DNA of 63,747 bases, filler included, from Hausera hauseri (taxonomy: Eukaryota): NCBI GenBank assembly GCA_046269625.1. It is 11 parts of 11 records of this genome, joined end to end, with 100 filler letters (N's around TTAATTAATTAA, not from the genome) between each part and the next. Parts side by side here need not be neighbours in the genome. Positions count along the whole stretch, not along the records: positions 36,462 to 44,800 come from JBJURY010682106.1; positions 44,901 to 49,860 come from JBJURY010378480.1; 9 more parts are not named here. One strand, written 5' to 3'. Shown here one piece after another: positions 37,000-49,256 of this stretch (position 1 is the first letter of the stretch; every line of letters starts with the position of its first letter). Position numbers and translations under genes: made by a program. The notes under the pieces are model-generated. The model was not told where the DNA came from and ran no database searches. It saw only the letters and a list, made by a program, of their open reading frames with translations.

Positions 37000-39900
37000 T
37001 AACTCCGAAATTTGGGACCCGCTGCGGCGAGGCTGAGGTCCCGGCCACCCACCCTGCACAATTGAGTCAAACGGCGCCGTTCGTTGCCGCCCCACGACAC
37101 GCCCCCGGACATACCACCTCTTCTTATCTCTTTATTTTTTTAAACAACAGGCACATTAGCACACATACAGTAACACATATAAACACAGCTGCCATCCATA
37201 AAATTATCTGCACTTTTCTTCACTCCTCCAACTTCTACGTCACACATAATGGATCTCTAGTACACCTCGCTGGAACTCTACAATCTTTCTCAACCCACAT
37301 CTGTCTTCACATTCACTTCCGTATCCGTGGTGGCAGGGATTCGTCACACAAAATTGATAACACGGACAAACTCACCAAACCACAGATCGCTATCATTTAT
37401 TTACCCAAACAAAGCGCCTCAAACACTTCGGCACAGCACACACTCCCCATTCATTTACCCTGCACAGAATATTTCCTCGATAGCCAAAATTCTACCCAAA
37501 CATGGCTAAAACTAAACCAGTTCTAGTTCCAATTACAAAATGTCATCGACCCCTTATCCAAAGCCAAAAGCCTGTTTTTTCATTTACCTGCCTCCATCAA
37601 AACAAAAATCACAAACATCATCGACATCCTTCAGCACACGGATCCATATGCTAAACTTTATAATGTTGTTCTTAAGCTCACTGAGCCGCCAATCGACTCT
37701 ATCATTCAAGGATTCTTCAATGACAACGCCATGGGCCTACAGAAGCCTTCTGAATTCTTGCGCACATCTTTGTCATACCTCAATACCCTTGGCGTAACAT
37801 CTGAGCATAGTCCAGAACTTCTTCGTCGTTACCTTTTAAGTGCATTGCCCCTTCAAAAAGAGCTTTGCTACTGTGGTCGAAACTCCACGTCACTGGAGAA
37901 GTTAGCCGAATTGGCGGACAAAGCCTATGAAGTGCTGCACTCACACACAACATCAACTGCCTCTGCGGCATTAACAACAAACCAACAACAACGAAATGCA
38001 ATGCTGAAGCAACAAATTGCGCAATTACGCACGGAAAATGAAAAGTTACAGAAGGCAATTAACAACATAAACGAAAAATTAAACGAATTAACGCTGCATC
38101 TACGGGGTCTTTCTAGGCTTACTTCCAATAATGTATTTACTCAACGTCAAGGACGGTCGCCTTCGCCTACGCGGTCATCTGTTTGCTATCATCATAGAAA
38201 ATTTGGTAACAATGCTCAGAAATGCTGCATCGGTTGCAAATTTTATTCCTCTGATTTTAATACAAGCAACATCGTTTGCATCTATCACTTAAAATTTGGC
38301 ATAAAAGCACAAAAATGCCTACCTGGCTGCAACTACAACACACACAATAAAACCAATACTACTAAATTCACACTGCACAGTAGGCCAAACTCACCAAATA
38401 CAAAAAACTGATTCCGCCGCTAGGACACACGGCAAGTCCTAGCAAAGGCAACAACCTGCAAAGACATAGCCGACACATTTCCTTTGCTGTATTCACGTTG
38501 GAAGCAGAAATCGTCACTCCAACAAAGCAAAACATTAACTTTCTCATAGAAACTGGCACAGCAATCTCTCTACTGCCACCAACACAACACATCCAAAACA
38601 ATTACACTTCACAAAAGCAACTGTTCATTGCGTCCGGTGAACCTTTATAAATTTTTGGAGTTACCAAATTAACATTCACCCTTCCACACCTCCCAAACAC
38701 ATTCATATGGACATTTACAGTAGCCAATGTATGCACACCTATATTGGGTTCAGACTTTCTGTCCCACTACAATTTACTTGTAGATTTCAAGCGATGTTTC
38801 TTAAAGTGCGGAAATAATCTTAATCAAATTAGCAGTATTTCGGTGACCACCCGGGCCATCGCTTCCAGCAAGTCAATACTGAAGCAAACGACCTCCGATT
38901 TAAATTATTTTTATAATCATACACTATGCAGAAATTTTTACTACGGTGACGAATACGACATTTCCAACTGAATGGCACCTATTACTAATATCACAACTGC
39001 AAGCACCATCTTCAACACGAACATCCTGCACCAAATACCACTTAGTCATAACACCTTGTCTACAAATCATACCTCAACTGTATCCAGTCACGATGCATCG
39101 ACACTATCGAATAACTTTTCATCGTTGCCTTCTGATCTACTCAATACATTTCGTCTTCCTGCACGCGTCTTTTGGAAAAGGACAAATTATTCGTATCACC
39201 TCAATTCACCTTCCATCACATAGTAACAGCACATCAAAGACCTATACGTCAAAAGGTCCGTCCGCTACCGCCTCGTCGCAGGCAGGCAGTTGAAGCTGAG
39301 TTTTTTTAACTGGAAAGATCAGGAATAATCAGAAGATCCAAATCCCCGTGGTCTTCACCACTGCATGTGATTCCAAAAAAGATGGTACCTTTCGCCCATG
39401 CGGTGATTACCGTCAACTCAACATCATAACAACAATGGATACCTACCCTCTACCATTTGTCAACGATATCCTTTATAGGCTCCATGGTGCGACCATCTTT
39501 TCCTGCATTGATTTGCACAAATCATACCACCAAATTCCGGTGGTCCAAGCAGACATTCCTAAAACGGCCGTCATTACACCTTTCGGTCTTTTCGAATACC
39601 TCTTTATGCCTTTTGGACTCCGTAGCGCTTCTCAGACCTTCCAAAGGCATATAGATACAGCCCTATCAGGTTTAGATTTCGCTTATCCTTACATTGATGA
39701 TATCTTAATTGCATCATCTTCCTCGAAGCAGCACTCTGAACATTTACGTTTGATCTTCCAACGCTTGAAACAAAACAACTTGAAAATCAATTTTTCTAAA
39801 TGCTCCCTTTTCAACATAAGGTCAACTTCCTAGGAAATATTATTAGCTCCTCCGGACTTTCACCTCAGCCAGACCGCATCACACAGCTGAAAAACATACA

Positions 39901-42900
39901 ACTACCACGTATATCCACAGAGATGCGTTTTTTCATCGGAACCTTGCACTTTATTCATAAGTACGTTCCATATTGCTCCACTCTAACCGCTCCATTTGCA
40001 TCAATAAGCTTTGACAAGAAGAAATACCCCATTCAATGGACCGCCCAAACTAGTCAACGCTTTCTATCACCTCAAAGACAATTTAAAAACCGTAGAAATC
40101 CTGGCCTATCCAGATTCCCATGCAGAACTCTTCTTAACCACGGACGCATCCACAACAGCTGAAGGTGCTGTCCTCCATCAAGTCAAAAATGGATCCCATG
40201 AGCCATTGGAATTCTTTTCACGGAAATTCACGGCACAAGAGAAAAGATATTCCACCTTTGACAGAGAGTTTCTTGCAATTGTCCTTGCCGTAAAACACAT
40301 TAAACATCTACTAACTGCACGAACTTTTACTATACAAAGGGCGCACAAGCTCTTGCTTCAAATCCTCACCATGAAATCGCCTTCTCCACGTCAGGAGAGG
40401 CAAATATCGTATTTATCAACATTTAATTTTGTACTTAAGCACCTAAATGGAGCCAACAATTTAGTAGCTGACTTTTTGTCCCGATCGGTCAGCTCGATTG
40501 ATTTCACACCAATTTATCTTCAGTCTAAACTTCAACAAAACCGGCCACCTCTTGACATTCTTACGTCTTTTAAATCTTGCAAATCCATAGACGGTGTGGC
40601 CTTCGACACTTCCAAACCTAATAATCCTAAAGTCATCCTTTCTGAATCGCTTCAGAAAGAAGCAGTCAACAGCATCCATTCGTTGCATCTTCCCGGTGCC
40701 AAGGCCACTTTTCGACTCTTACAACGCCAAGTAGTATGCTCACCGATGCGCTCTGACGTACAAGCATAGGTTTGGCAATGTGTGACATGCCAAAAATACA
40801 AAGGTACTAAGCACTTAAAGCCACCACTATATCATTTTCCCTGCACGTATCGTTTTGAAGCAGTTCACATTGATTTGTAGGCCCACTGCCCTTAGATAAC
40901 GGCCATCAGTTCATACTCACAATGATGGACCGTTCCTCGCGATGGACAGACATTGTCCCGCTTCGGAGCACCAACACAGAAACAATCGCAGACGCTTTCA
41001 TCCGCACTTGAATCAGAAGGTTTGGATCACCTCGCCACATCATTTCGAACCAAGGCCAACAGTTCGAATCCAACCTGTTTAAAGCTCTTGTCAATCGACT
41101 GGGAATTAACCACATTAATATGTCACCATATCATCCCCAATCGAATGGCCTTCTGGAACGCTTTCACCGAACGATGAAAATGTTTCTCAAAATCCTTGCT
41201 GAGTCAAATCGCAGTTGGACTACACTACTTCCGTACGTTCTGCTTGGCTGGCGGAACACACCATCTATTTCTACAGGCTCTTCACCTGCAGAAGAATTAT
41301 TTGGCACTTCCATCAGATCATTATTCGAGCTGAGTAAGTTGGACAACAGTCCTACAGACGAAACCATACAAGCGGCACAGAGACACTTCATTGAGATCAG
41401 CAAAGATTTATTTTGCAGATTGTTACAGGCAAATAAACCCTACATACCCGACGATTTATATACTGCCAAGTTCGTTTGGCTAAAGAATTAGACGCCGTGT
41501 GGCTTTCAACCTCAGTATGTTGGCCCTTACAAAGTAATTCGTTTACACTCTTACAGCATCATCATTCTCAAAGACGACAAAGAAGTAACAGTTCATATCA
41601 ACAACGCGAAACCTGATTTCTTCATTGGCGACACGTCTCCCATCGAAACCACCTCTCCACCAACATCTTCACACGAGGCGCAGCAATCCAACAATTCACC
41701 TTCTATCTCCACTCAACTTCTTAATCCACTTTTGACTATGCTTTCTCCCAAGACTTTTACTTCCATTTCTTCTGACAAAACAGCCTCTCTCTCCCAATCC
41801 GATTTTGCACTTTTAAGCTTTTTCACACCTCTTTCATCCACTCATAACAACCTGCCTTCTGCTCGTACAGTACTTCCTCCATCAGACACCACTTCGACTT
41901 CACCAATCTCTCCATCTACCCCTTTTATCATTCCAACTTCTTTCATACCACCTTCCAATTACTTTCCTTTGCTTTCTCCATCTTCTTGCTCTCTTCAGTT
42001 TTGTACCTCTTCGCCGTCTTCTCTCTCTTTCTCTCCTTCTCCTTCCACACCTTCCTCATCTTCGGCGCTTTCTTTCGCCATTTCTCCTTACACATCGCCT
42101 TTTACCCCTTTCATTTCCGCTTCGCAACTTCCTCCTCTTTTTATTTCTATCCCTATCTCTCTTCCTCTCTCTACCCCTACTTCTGCTTTACCTTACACTT
42201 CCACTCTTTTACACAATTTCATTCCTGCTTCTACTCCAACTTCTTTCTCTCTTCCTTTATCCGCCACTACACCTTTAATCATTCCTTTGTCTTCAACAAT
42301 CTCGCTTCCTCCTTCACCTTCTCCTTCTCTTTATTCTGATCCATCTTTGCACGACACAACACGCACAACAAAATCCGACAATTTTTCCCCAACTTCACAC
42401 TCTGCAACAAAACACACCGCAAAAAGACAAAACACGCAGAGTCACATTCAGCAAGTATAGCAGGGAAAAATCACCAGAAGGCACCAAATGTCTTGTACAC
42501 ACTAAGACCAACTGACACAGACACGTTTTCGTTTTGCGGTTTTTCTTTCTGTCTCTTTTACTTTTTATAGTTTTCGCTTTGCCACGGGGGGATTGATGTG
42601 GTGCCCACAGCGGCCGGCGCCCTATGGCCTATTTGGTTGGACACGGCCGGGCGTCAGTTGCCGCCGTGTCCGGCCCATAGGCGGATCCCGATCTTCCGCC
42701 TCGAAACAGCACTATATGATTGTAGTGCCACGGTCTAGGACATGGGCCTCCATTTTTGGCAATAAAGTCACCGTTTGGTGCAGCTAGGCCGGCACGGTTT
42801 TCATCCTGCCTTCTTACCTTTTGGCCTGTGTTTGTTTGGCAGCCTAACAGTCCATATTAGTGTCAAATAAAGTCAATATTCTTATTTGGTTGTTGAGTCG

Positions 42901-42907
42901 GCTACCA
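37000..42907 (+). mobile_element. Ty3/Gypsy LTR retrotransposon copy B (Ubl-gag, -1 frameshift, protease, RT, RNase H, integrase, PPT, 3' LTR), decayed
   Basis: Gag KPSEFLR..LEKLAELADK; protease FLIETG, ILGSDFL; RT DYRQLN/YIDDILI; RNase H TTDAS/FDREFLA; integrase HPQSNGLLER; GGGGGGA polypurine tract near 42586-42592. Confidence 0.93.
42594..42907 (+). repeat. Putative 3' LTR (TG...CA) of Gypsy copy B
   Basis: Begins TGATGTGG right after the PPT, GC-rich, contains AATAAA, plausible CA end at 42907; no matching 5' LTR in the contig. Confidence 0.6.
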
Positions 42908-43928
42908 ACTATTCTATCTTCTAATTTTGACCGTTTGTTTCATAATCGTAGTTGAAAAGCCTGGACTGAAGTTGGAAGTAATGAATGACAATACAAGCCC
43001 AACTAATGTATGTAGAGCACATAAAAATACCCACTGAATTCATCGGTTTTGCATAGTCCTGCAAGAAAAAACAAAACACTGAAGCTAACTTAAGTTCCGT
43101 AAAATTTCTGGACTTTTACGGAAAGAGATTGAAATGTGTCATTATCACGATTTTATTACCACAATATCTTACCAATTATCGATCTGATGTAAAACATGTC
43201 TCAACAACATTACGTTACAAAGAATTACTTTCCAATTCGGAATTTAATATAAAATATGGTGGATGTCATGATGAATCTCGTACAGTTCAATTAAATCGTA
43301 GTAAAATGCCGGATACATCAAATGCAAACTTTTTCTTGAAGATTACAAACAAGAATGAATTACTTACGTCAGGAATTTGATGTATATAATGACTGAGTAA
43401 ACGCCCGTGAAGAAACAAGTAGCAAAAGGCAATTTATTTTTATTGAATATATTTTTGTACAGTTCCTGTTAGGATTTAGTATTATTTTACGACTAACTTA
43501 ACAGAGATTGTCGTCAATTATTCAATTTCACCAAACACGAATTATTGCAATAAATTTGTACATTCTAAAAGAAGAAATTTCTCAATTTTGAAAATATCAC
43601 ATTCTCACAATTCTTCAAAAACGACGTACCACATCAAAATAACGGAGTCGTGGGGGTTAGTGCATGATATTCTTATTCACCCGACCTTTTTATATTTTTT
43701 TATTGTTTTAATATTCAAAAAAACGCGTTTTTGTACACTGTATCAAACGGACATTTTTTTGAAATATATCAGTCAGTTTCTGCTTCATTCTATGCATTAT
43801 CGAAGAATTTGTTGTCAGTTATAATTTGAAAATTTCTAGTTACAATTTGAATGTAAGATATTTTTGAAGCTACATCGTAATTTGAAATTGTGGATTTTTA
43901 CTGTTATGGCCTCGAAAATGAAAATACA

Positions 43929-44096
43929 ATTAGTACTTTACATGCTTGTCCTGGAACAGAGGAAAATGAACCGTCTCGTTATCTCCTACGGATAAATAAT
44001 CTTATTTGTTTACTTGATTGTTTATGGGACTCAAATTTTAGCAATTCGTATTTCAATTAAATGACCAAGAAAGATAAAAGGATCGACGCTGTTCTC
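43929..44096 (+). pseudogene. CPSF2: CPSF2/CPSF100 N-terminal fragment
   Basis: GTEENEPSRYLLRINNLICLLDCLWDSNFS..*..RIDAVL versus recalled CPSF2 [36 protein letters not shown]. Confidence 0.7.
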
Positions 44097-47000
44097 GGGC
44101 CAAACCATAAACTATCGTCTCCGATAAATACGCATATGATAATTATCGCGGCGTTAAACAACAGACGGATAAAAAATTGTTTTAATAAGAAACACTCTCA
44201 ACGATTTTGATATTGGTTATTTCTTATTCGCCATTTTTGCATTGGAATCCTATTTTCGATCTTATAAATTTTTTTGAATTCTAAATTTGTCGTCGATCGG
44301 ATTTAATTTATACAATCACGGATATTGTGCAATTCTTGACTAATCTAGGAATTTTCAGAGCTAACAATATCTCATTCTATATTCTATATTTCATACCTAA
44401 TACTGTATACTTCATCTCGTTTTCACATATCCGACGTCATACCGTATTCTCCATTTGATAATTGATGCAGTAAAATAAAACACAAATGTAAGGAAATAAA
44501 CTGGGGAAAAATGTAATGAAATAAGTAGTCAATTTCACTATGGAAACCCGTAAAAACATGTCTTACATGATCATTAGATATGCTTCTATAACAGCCAGAA
44601 TATGACAAATAACATCAATGTTGACCTTAAGAAATACGATGCCTGGTTACCAAATCAGTGAAGGCTCTGTTCTAGCAAAGTTGTGATTCTATTTCTGCAG
44701 GCAAATGACAATATAAATAACACCAGCGAAATGACAATACAAATAACACTACTCCTGACAGTTCAAACATGCAATGTCTGTATGTTGTGCAACAAGAATG
44801 NNNNNNNNNNNNNNNNNNNNNNNNNNNNNNNNNNNNNNNNNNNNTTAATTAATTAANNNNNNNNNNNNNNNNNNNNNNNNNNNNNNNNNNNNNNNNNNNN
44901 TACTGTCGTCAACCATCGGTTTACTACCACTTCTCCTACACCTACGACAACCGTACCCAACGACTATGCCATTGGATAAATCCAGTGAACGATGCGACTT
45001 TGACGATCAAACCCCGAAATCTCAGTTTCATCGATGTCGGTACCCAAAGTGATCCACAGGACCGAATCTTTTTTCAAAAGAGGGAGAAATGTTAAGGTTA
45101 ATTATCTGAAGGTCCCTACGAAATCCAGAAACCCATACGATGAACTGTTCAAATTTAACTTTGACTTTGTGAATAAACATGATGACTTGGTGAATTTACA
45201 AACATTACGAATTTATGAATTTATTTTGTTTTGTTTTGGACATACACGACTTTATGAATTTATTTTGTTTTCAATAAACATCCCTTTTATTACAATCTTT
45301 TCTTATCTTGATTCATTGTTTAACCCCAATGATGGGTATTCTTATTATCACTGCTCCATATATGTGAATTGTTAACCAGAATTTTATAATAGAGCGGCTG
45401 GGCGACGATAACACAATTATGCAACCACAAGATCAGCAAGAAAAAGAATAAAAAAGGAATTTATAATGAATAATTAAGAAATTTCGTAAATGGCATGAAA
45501 ATAATGAGAAATTAATAAAACATGAACATATGTTAGATAGACGATCATTAGCAATAAGGAAACGCATTAGCAATAAACATGAACAACTGACGCACCATTA
45601 TGACAATTAGTACAATGCACCATTATGACAATTAGTAATATTAAAAATTGACGCAGTCATATGGTAAAGTAATTAAGAGAAACATGTTAGGCATGTGAGA
45701 CAATTCTCAAAATGAATTATAAAAATACGATTCGACATAGTAAGCCGAAAAGTGGCATATGTTAGATTTAGAAATTAATGGAGCATATACAGACCAGACA
45801 ATTTAAAAAATCAATTGGAAAATTCTGGAAACATTAAACAACTGGTATATAAACCAGTGAAGACTGACACAACAGAACATTATTATTATTGTCATACGCA
45901 GACATTTTAATTGTAACTGGCTCTCGGTTGAAAAATACATTAAAGCTTTCATATTAAGTAAGTTATACCAAATAAGAAAGTTATTAACTCTTCTCCGGAA
46001 CCAACGAGTATTTTAACAAATTCTTTGCGAAGAATAATTTGGTGATCGATTGATTCCTACTCCGATATAGATTCATCTCAACTAAAGACCGAAATACTAC
46101 AAAGATACTGATATATTGTGCAAAACCTATTATCAGTCATTAATGGCTAACTTCCACAGCAATAACGGAAACGAAGAGACGGAGTCAGGTAAAAAGGGTT
46201 TATATTTATTCATACATAAATGAGTAAAATTGTATAATTTATATCGAGATAATCGCTGAAGTTGTGATTTTCTTTTGTAATTGTATTTTGTTCAATAAAA
46301 ATTAGCAATTATAAATCATTGATATAAAGAAGTATGAGTAAGGTTCTAATTGAAATACATTAACGGAAAGTCAACTTGTTGAAACTGAATGGTTGTTCGA
46401 AATGGAATATGACGAAAAATGAACTTCGTGAATATAAGTATGCCTAAAGGATGATTCGAGAAGATCTCGGACGACATTAAGCTTATTCAGAAACAAATGT
46501 GAATGGTGTATGGATTAATCAATTTGACCAGACGATTCTTATACTCAAAACATTCGTCAGCGAATTCGAAATTATAGAAGTAATATGTAATCAAATTGTT
46601 ACAATAACCCATAGAAACGTTGTTACTATTTTGATGAAATGTATATGAGACTAGTTTGCCGTGATCCTGTCGTACAGTTAGTAATCCCTTGAGAACTGAT
46701 TTTGATAACATCTTAATGTCTGCTGATATACGTGTATATAAATTATGCGATAGTGGAGGATAACAGATGGTGATCTTTTAAGTGTTTGATAACAATAAAA
46801 ATGGAATACTGCGATATTAATAGTACGTTTGAGATTATTAGCATTTGTGTTGAGAATTTTATGGATTGATTTGACAGTGTCCATGGGTAAGAATCACGTG
46901 ATGAAATAGATGTTAATAATTATATACCAAATTAATAACCATTGAGACGTTCTTGGGCGTTGACCATTAGTACACTACCGTTATTAAATTGAAGTTAATA

Positions 47001-48523
47001 TCGGGCATAATCGTGTATGAAGAGCATAATAATCTAAATATACTAATATGATGAATATAGAGTAGTATAAGTTCATCTTCGGTTCGTGTTGTTCATCCAG
47101 ACGTGTATATTGCTTGTTGCATGTATTCGAGAATTATTGATCTTTTATGCCCTTATCATTTAAGAAACGGAAGCAATGTTTTAAGTTGACTCACAGAGAA
47201 ACCTGCACATAAGAACCATTATCCCTACGTCAGATGTATAAAAAATGTCATAGACAATTATATCATCGGACTAAGAGAATAAGGAGAAATAAATGAAATT
47301 CGCCCTTGAATATTCCTGTATTGCAGGCAAGTGGGACAGATGGGCATGATAAGAATAGTATATATAAATTATAAGAATAATACATCATGCATCTTTCCTA
47401 AAATCTATATAACGCTTAATATTGAAATCAAGGTCAGGGAGGGATAATATTTTGACAGACCATAAGATTTGAAGACGTGATACTCAAAAGGTAGAATATT
47501 GCCATACAAGACAAACTGAGATAAAATAGTATAACATTGAATTGAATTATGGACGAAATCAAAAAACATAATCATTGACGTGCTCTTGGTTGAAAGGCAT
47601 GTATACGCAAATCAATGAATTCCAAAGATGATGGAAAGGATGATTATAATATCTTACCTAGTACTCACTTCACCTTCAGAGTAGAGACAAAGAACCTATA
47701 AGAAGGAAGTTAGTGTATTAATAATGTGAAACTATGGGCAGAGAAAAAGGGTTAAAATTAAGATAAATGATTTATAAGAGGCAAGATTGATATAATAACA
47801 AAGTATTCCCAGAAATTCGAATACGTCTATATATTGTTGTCGACTGAAAGCTAAAATGGATTTGATTCTAATAGCAAAACAAGGCGTGGAAAAAATCGAT
47901 TAAAATATTACCTTGTCCTAAAGTAATCAAGGTAGATAAACCAGATAACTTCCATGAGAAAATAAGGAGATTGCGGGACGGTTATGGCGGAAATGGTTGC
48001 ATCGACTTAAAGAAACCTTTTGACATTAGGAATGAAAAAATTAAAACAATAAGGAGTGTCATGAAATGTAATATTAAGTTAGTCATTTGGTTAGCTTACC
48101 CTTAAATTAACATAATCAAAGATTCATTTGTTACTTGATATCGAAAACAGAGCATTTGTCTTTGTTCCTTTTGTATCAATTTACCTTTAAAATTATCATT
48201 ATAATCACCTGAGATAGCTGAAGAATGATAGACACTATCTAACTTCCAAGAATAATGAATTGTCAGACGGACCACCATCACACCATAAGAGTTACCTTAT
48301 CAACTTCAGGTATATCCGGAAACGTAAGAACAGATAAGATGCTAAAAACCAGAAAACATCTGATATCAACTAAAACCATTCTTTATATGTGAGTACGCCG
48401 TAAGGTTAACTTTGATAACCCCTGTACCACAACATAAACTGGTGCCCATATTGAGGAAACCCAATTACATTTATTATCTGATTAAGGAATATATTACTCT
48501 CAGTTATGCTTATGAACTATTAA

Positions 48524-48781
48524 AAGCTAATTATTCTAGGCGAACATCAAGCAGAATGTCCAATATGCTTCAAGAAATTGGGCCTTAAGTATGCCCTATT
48601 CCAATGTACACACGTTATATGTACACAATATGCGGATATCTGGCTCTCGAAACGGCAGAACTGCCCGTTTTGTCGGCGTAAGATATCCAGCTACCGGACA
48701 TGGAACATCACTGTCGTCGTATTGCTCGACGACGAAGAAGAACAAACAATAATAATAGACGAAGACCCAAATGATTTGTAA
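48524..48781 (+). CDS. RING-finger protein (C3HC4-type, one ligand degenerate) with hydrophobic/acidic tail; probably a 3' exon
   Basis: CPIC..CTHVICTQY..W..CPFCR; tail VVVLLDDEEEQTIIIDED; ttattctag acceptor-like site at 48531-48539. Confidence 0.7.
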   Translation, partial: KLIILGEHQAECPICFKKLGLKYALFQCTHVICTQYADIWLSKRQNCPFCRRKISSYRTWNITVVVLLDDEEEQTIIIDEDPNDL

Positions 48782-48955
48782 GTAGTTGTCCCCAATGGGC
48801 TTGTACAAATGCCAATTTGAATCAATAATAAATATGTAACTTAAATTACTTTGAATAGTGTCGGGAATAAGTGATGGAAAGAGGGAAATAACAATAGTTC
48901 GTAATAGTTATTAAAGAAAAAGAATATTTAATAAATTGGAAATTGAAAAATTAAT

Positions 48956-49192
48956 TTGATGATGAATTTAACCATATTGAGTTTAGGTTGCATTATATGC
49001 AAAAGGCTTACAGAAACTCGCATCGGAGAAGAAAACCGTTGCCCGTTGTGTCACCTTGTTGAGATATTGAAATGCCAGGAAGACATGTTCGAATGTACTT
49101 ACTGCGAAGAGGAAACCAATTTAAGCGTAATGACGATGGATCAAAATTGTTTTTTGATGTGTCCTATTTGCGCTTTGCAGAGGATGAGATAG
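48956..49192 (+). CDS. Small protein with four CxxC pairs
   Basis: CIIC..CPLC..CTYC..CPIC. Confidence 0.5.
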   Translation: MMMNLTILSLGCIICKRLTETRIGEENRCPLCHLVEILKCQEDMFECTYCEEETNLSVMTMDQNCFLMCPICALQRMR

Positions 49193-49256
49193 AGGAAATT
49201 AATAAATTAATTGAATTATAAAATTTGTAACATAAATATAGTAATAGTAATAAAGT

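Noticed and set aside
36657-37526. 289-aa importin-Gag fusion protein
   Set aside because: The importin part is a stop-containing fragment without an ATG start, and copies A and C have different upstream DNA; the shared frame is probably chance. Only the Ubl-Gag part is conserved.
41732-42460. env-like third ORF or mucin gene
   Set aside because: No signal peptide or clear transmembrane anchor; it is pyrimidine-rich low-complexity sequence whose length differs between copies.
44901-48500. Decayed viral genes upstream of the RING cluster
   Set aside because: Coding-like traces exist (for example 46487-46884 minus), but no motif could be identified.
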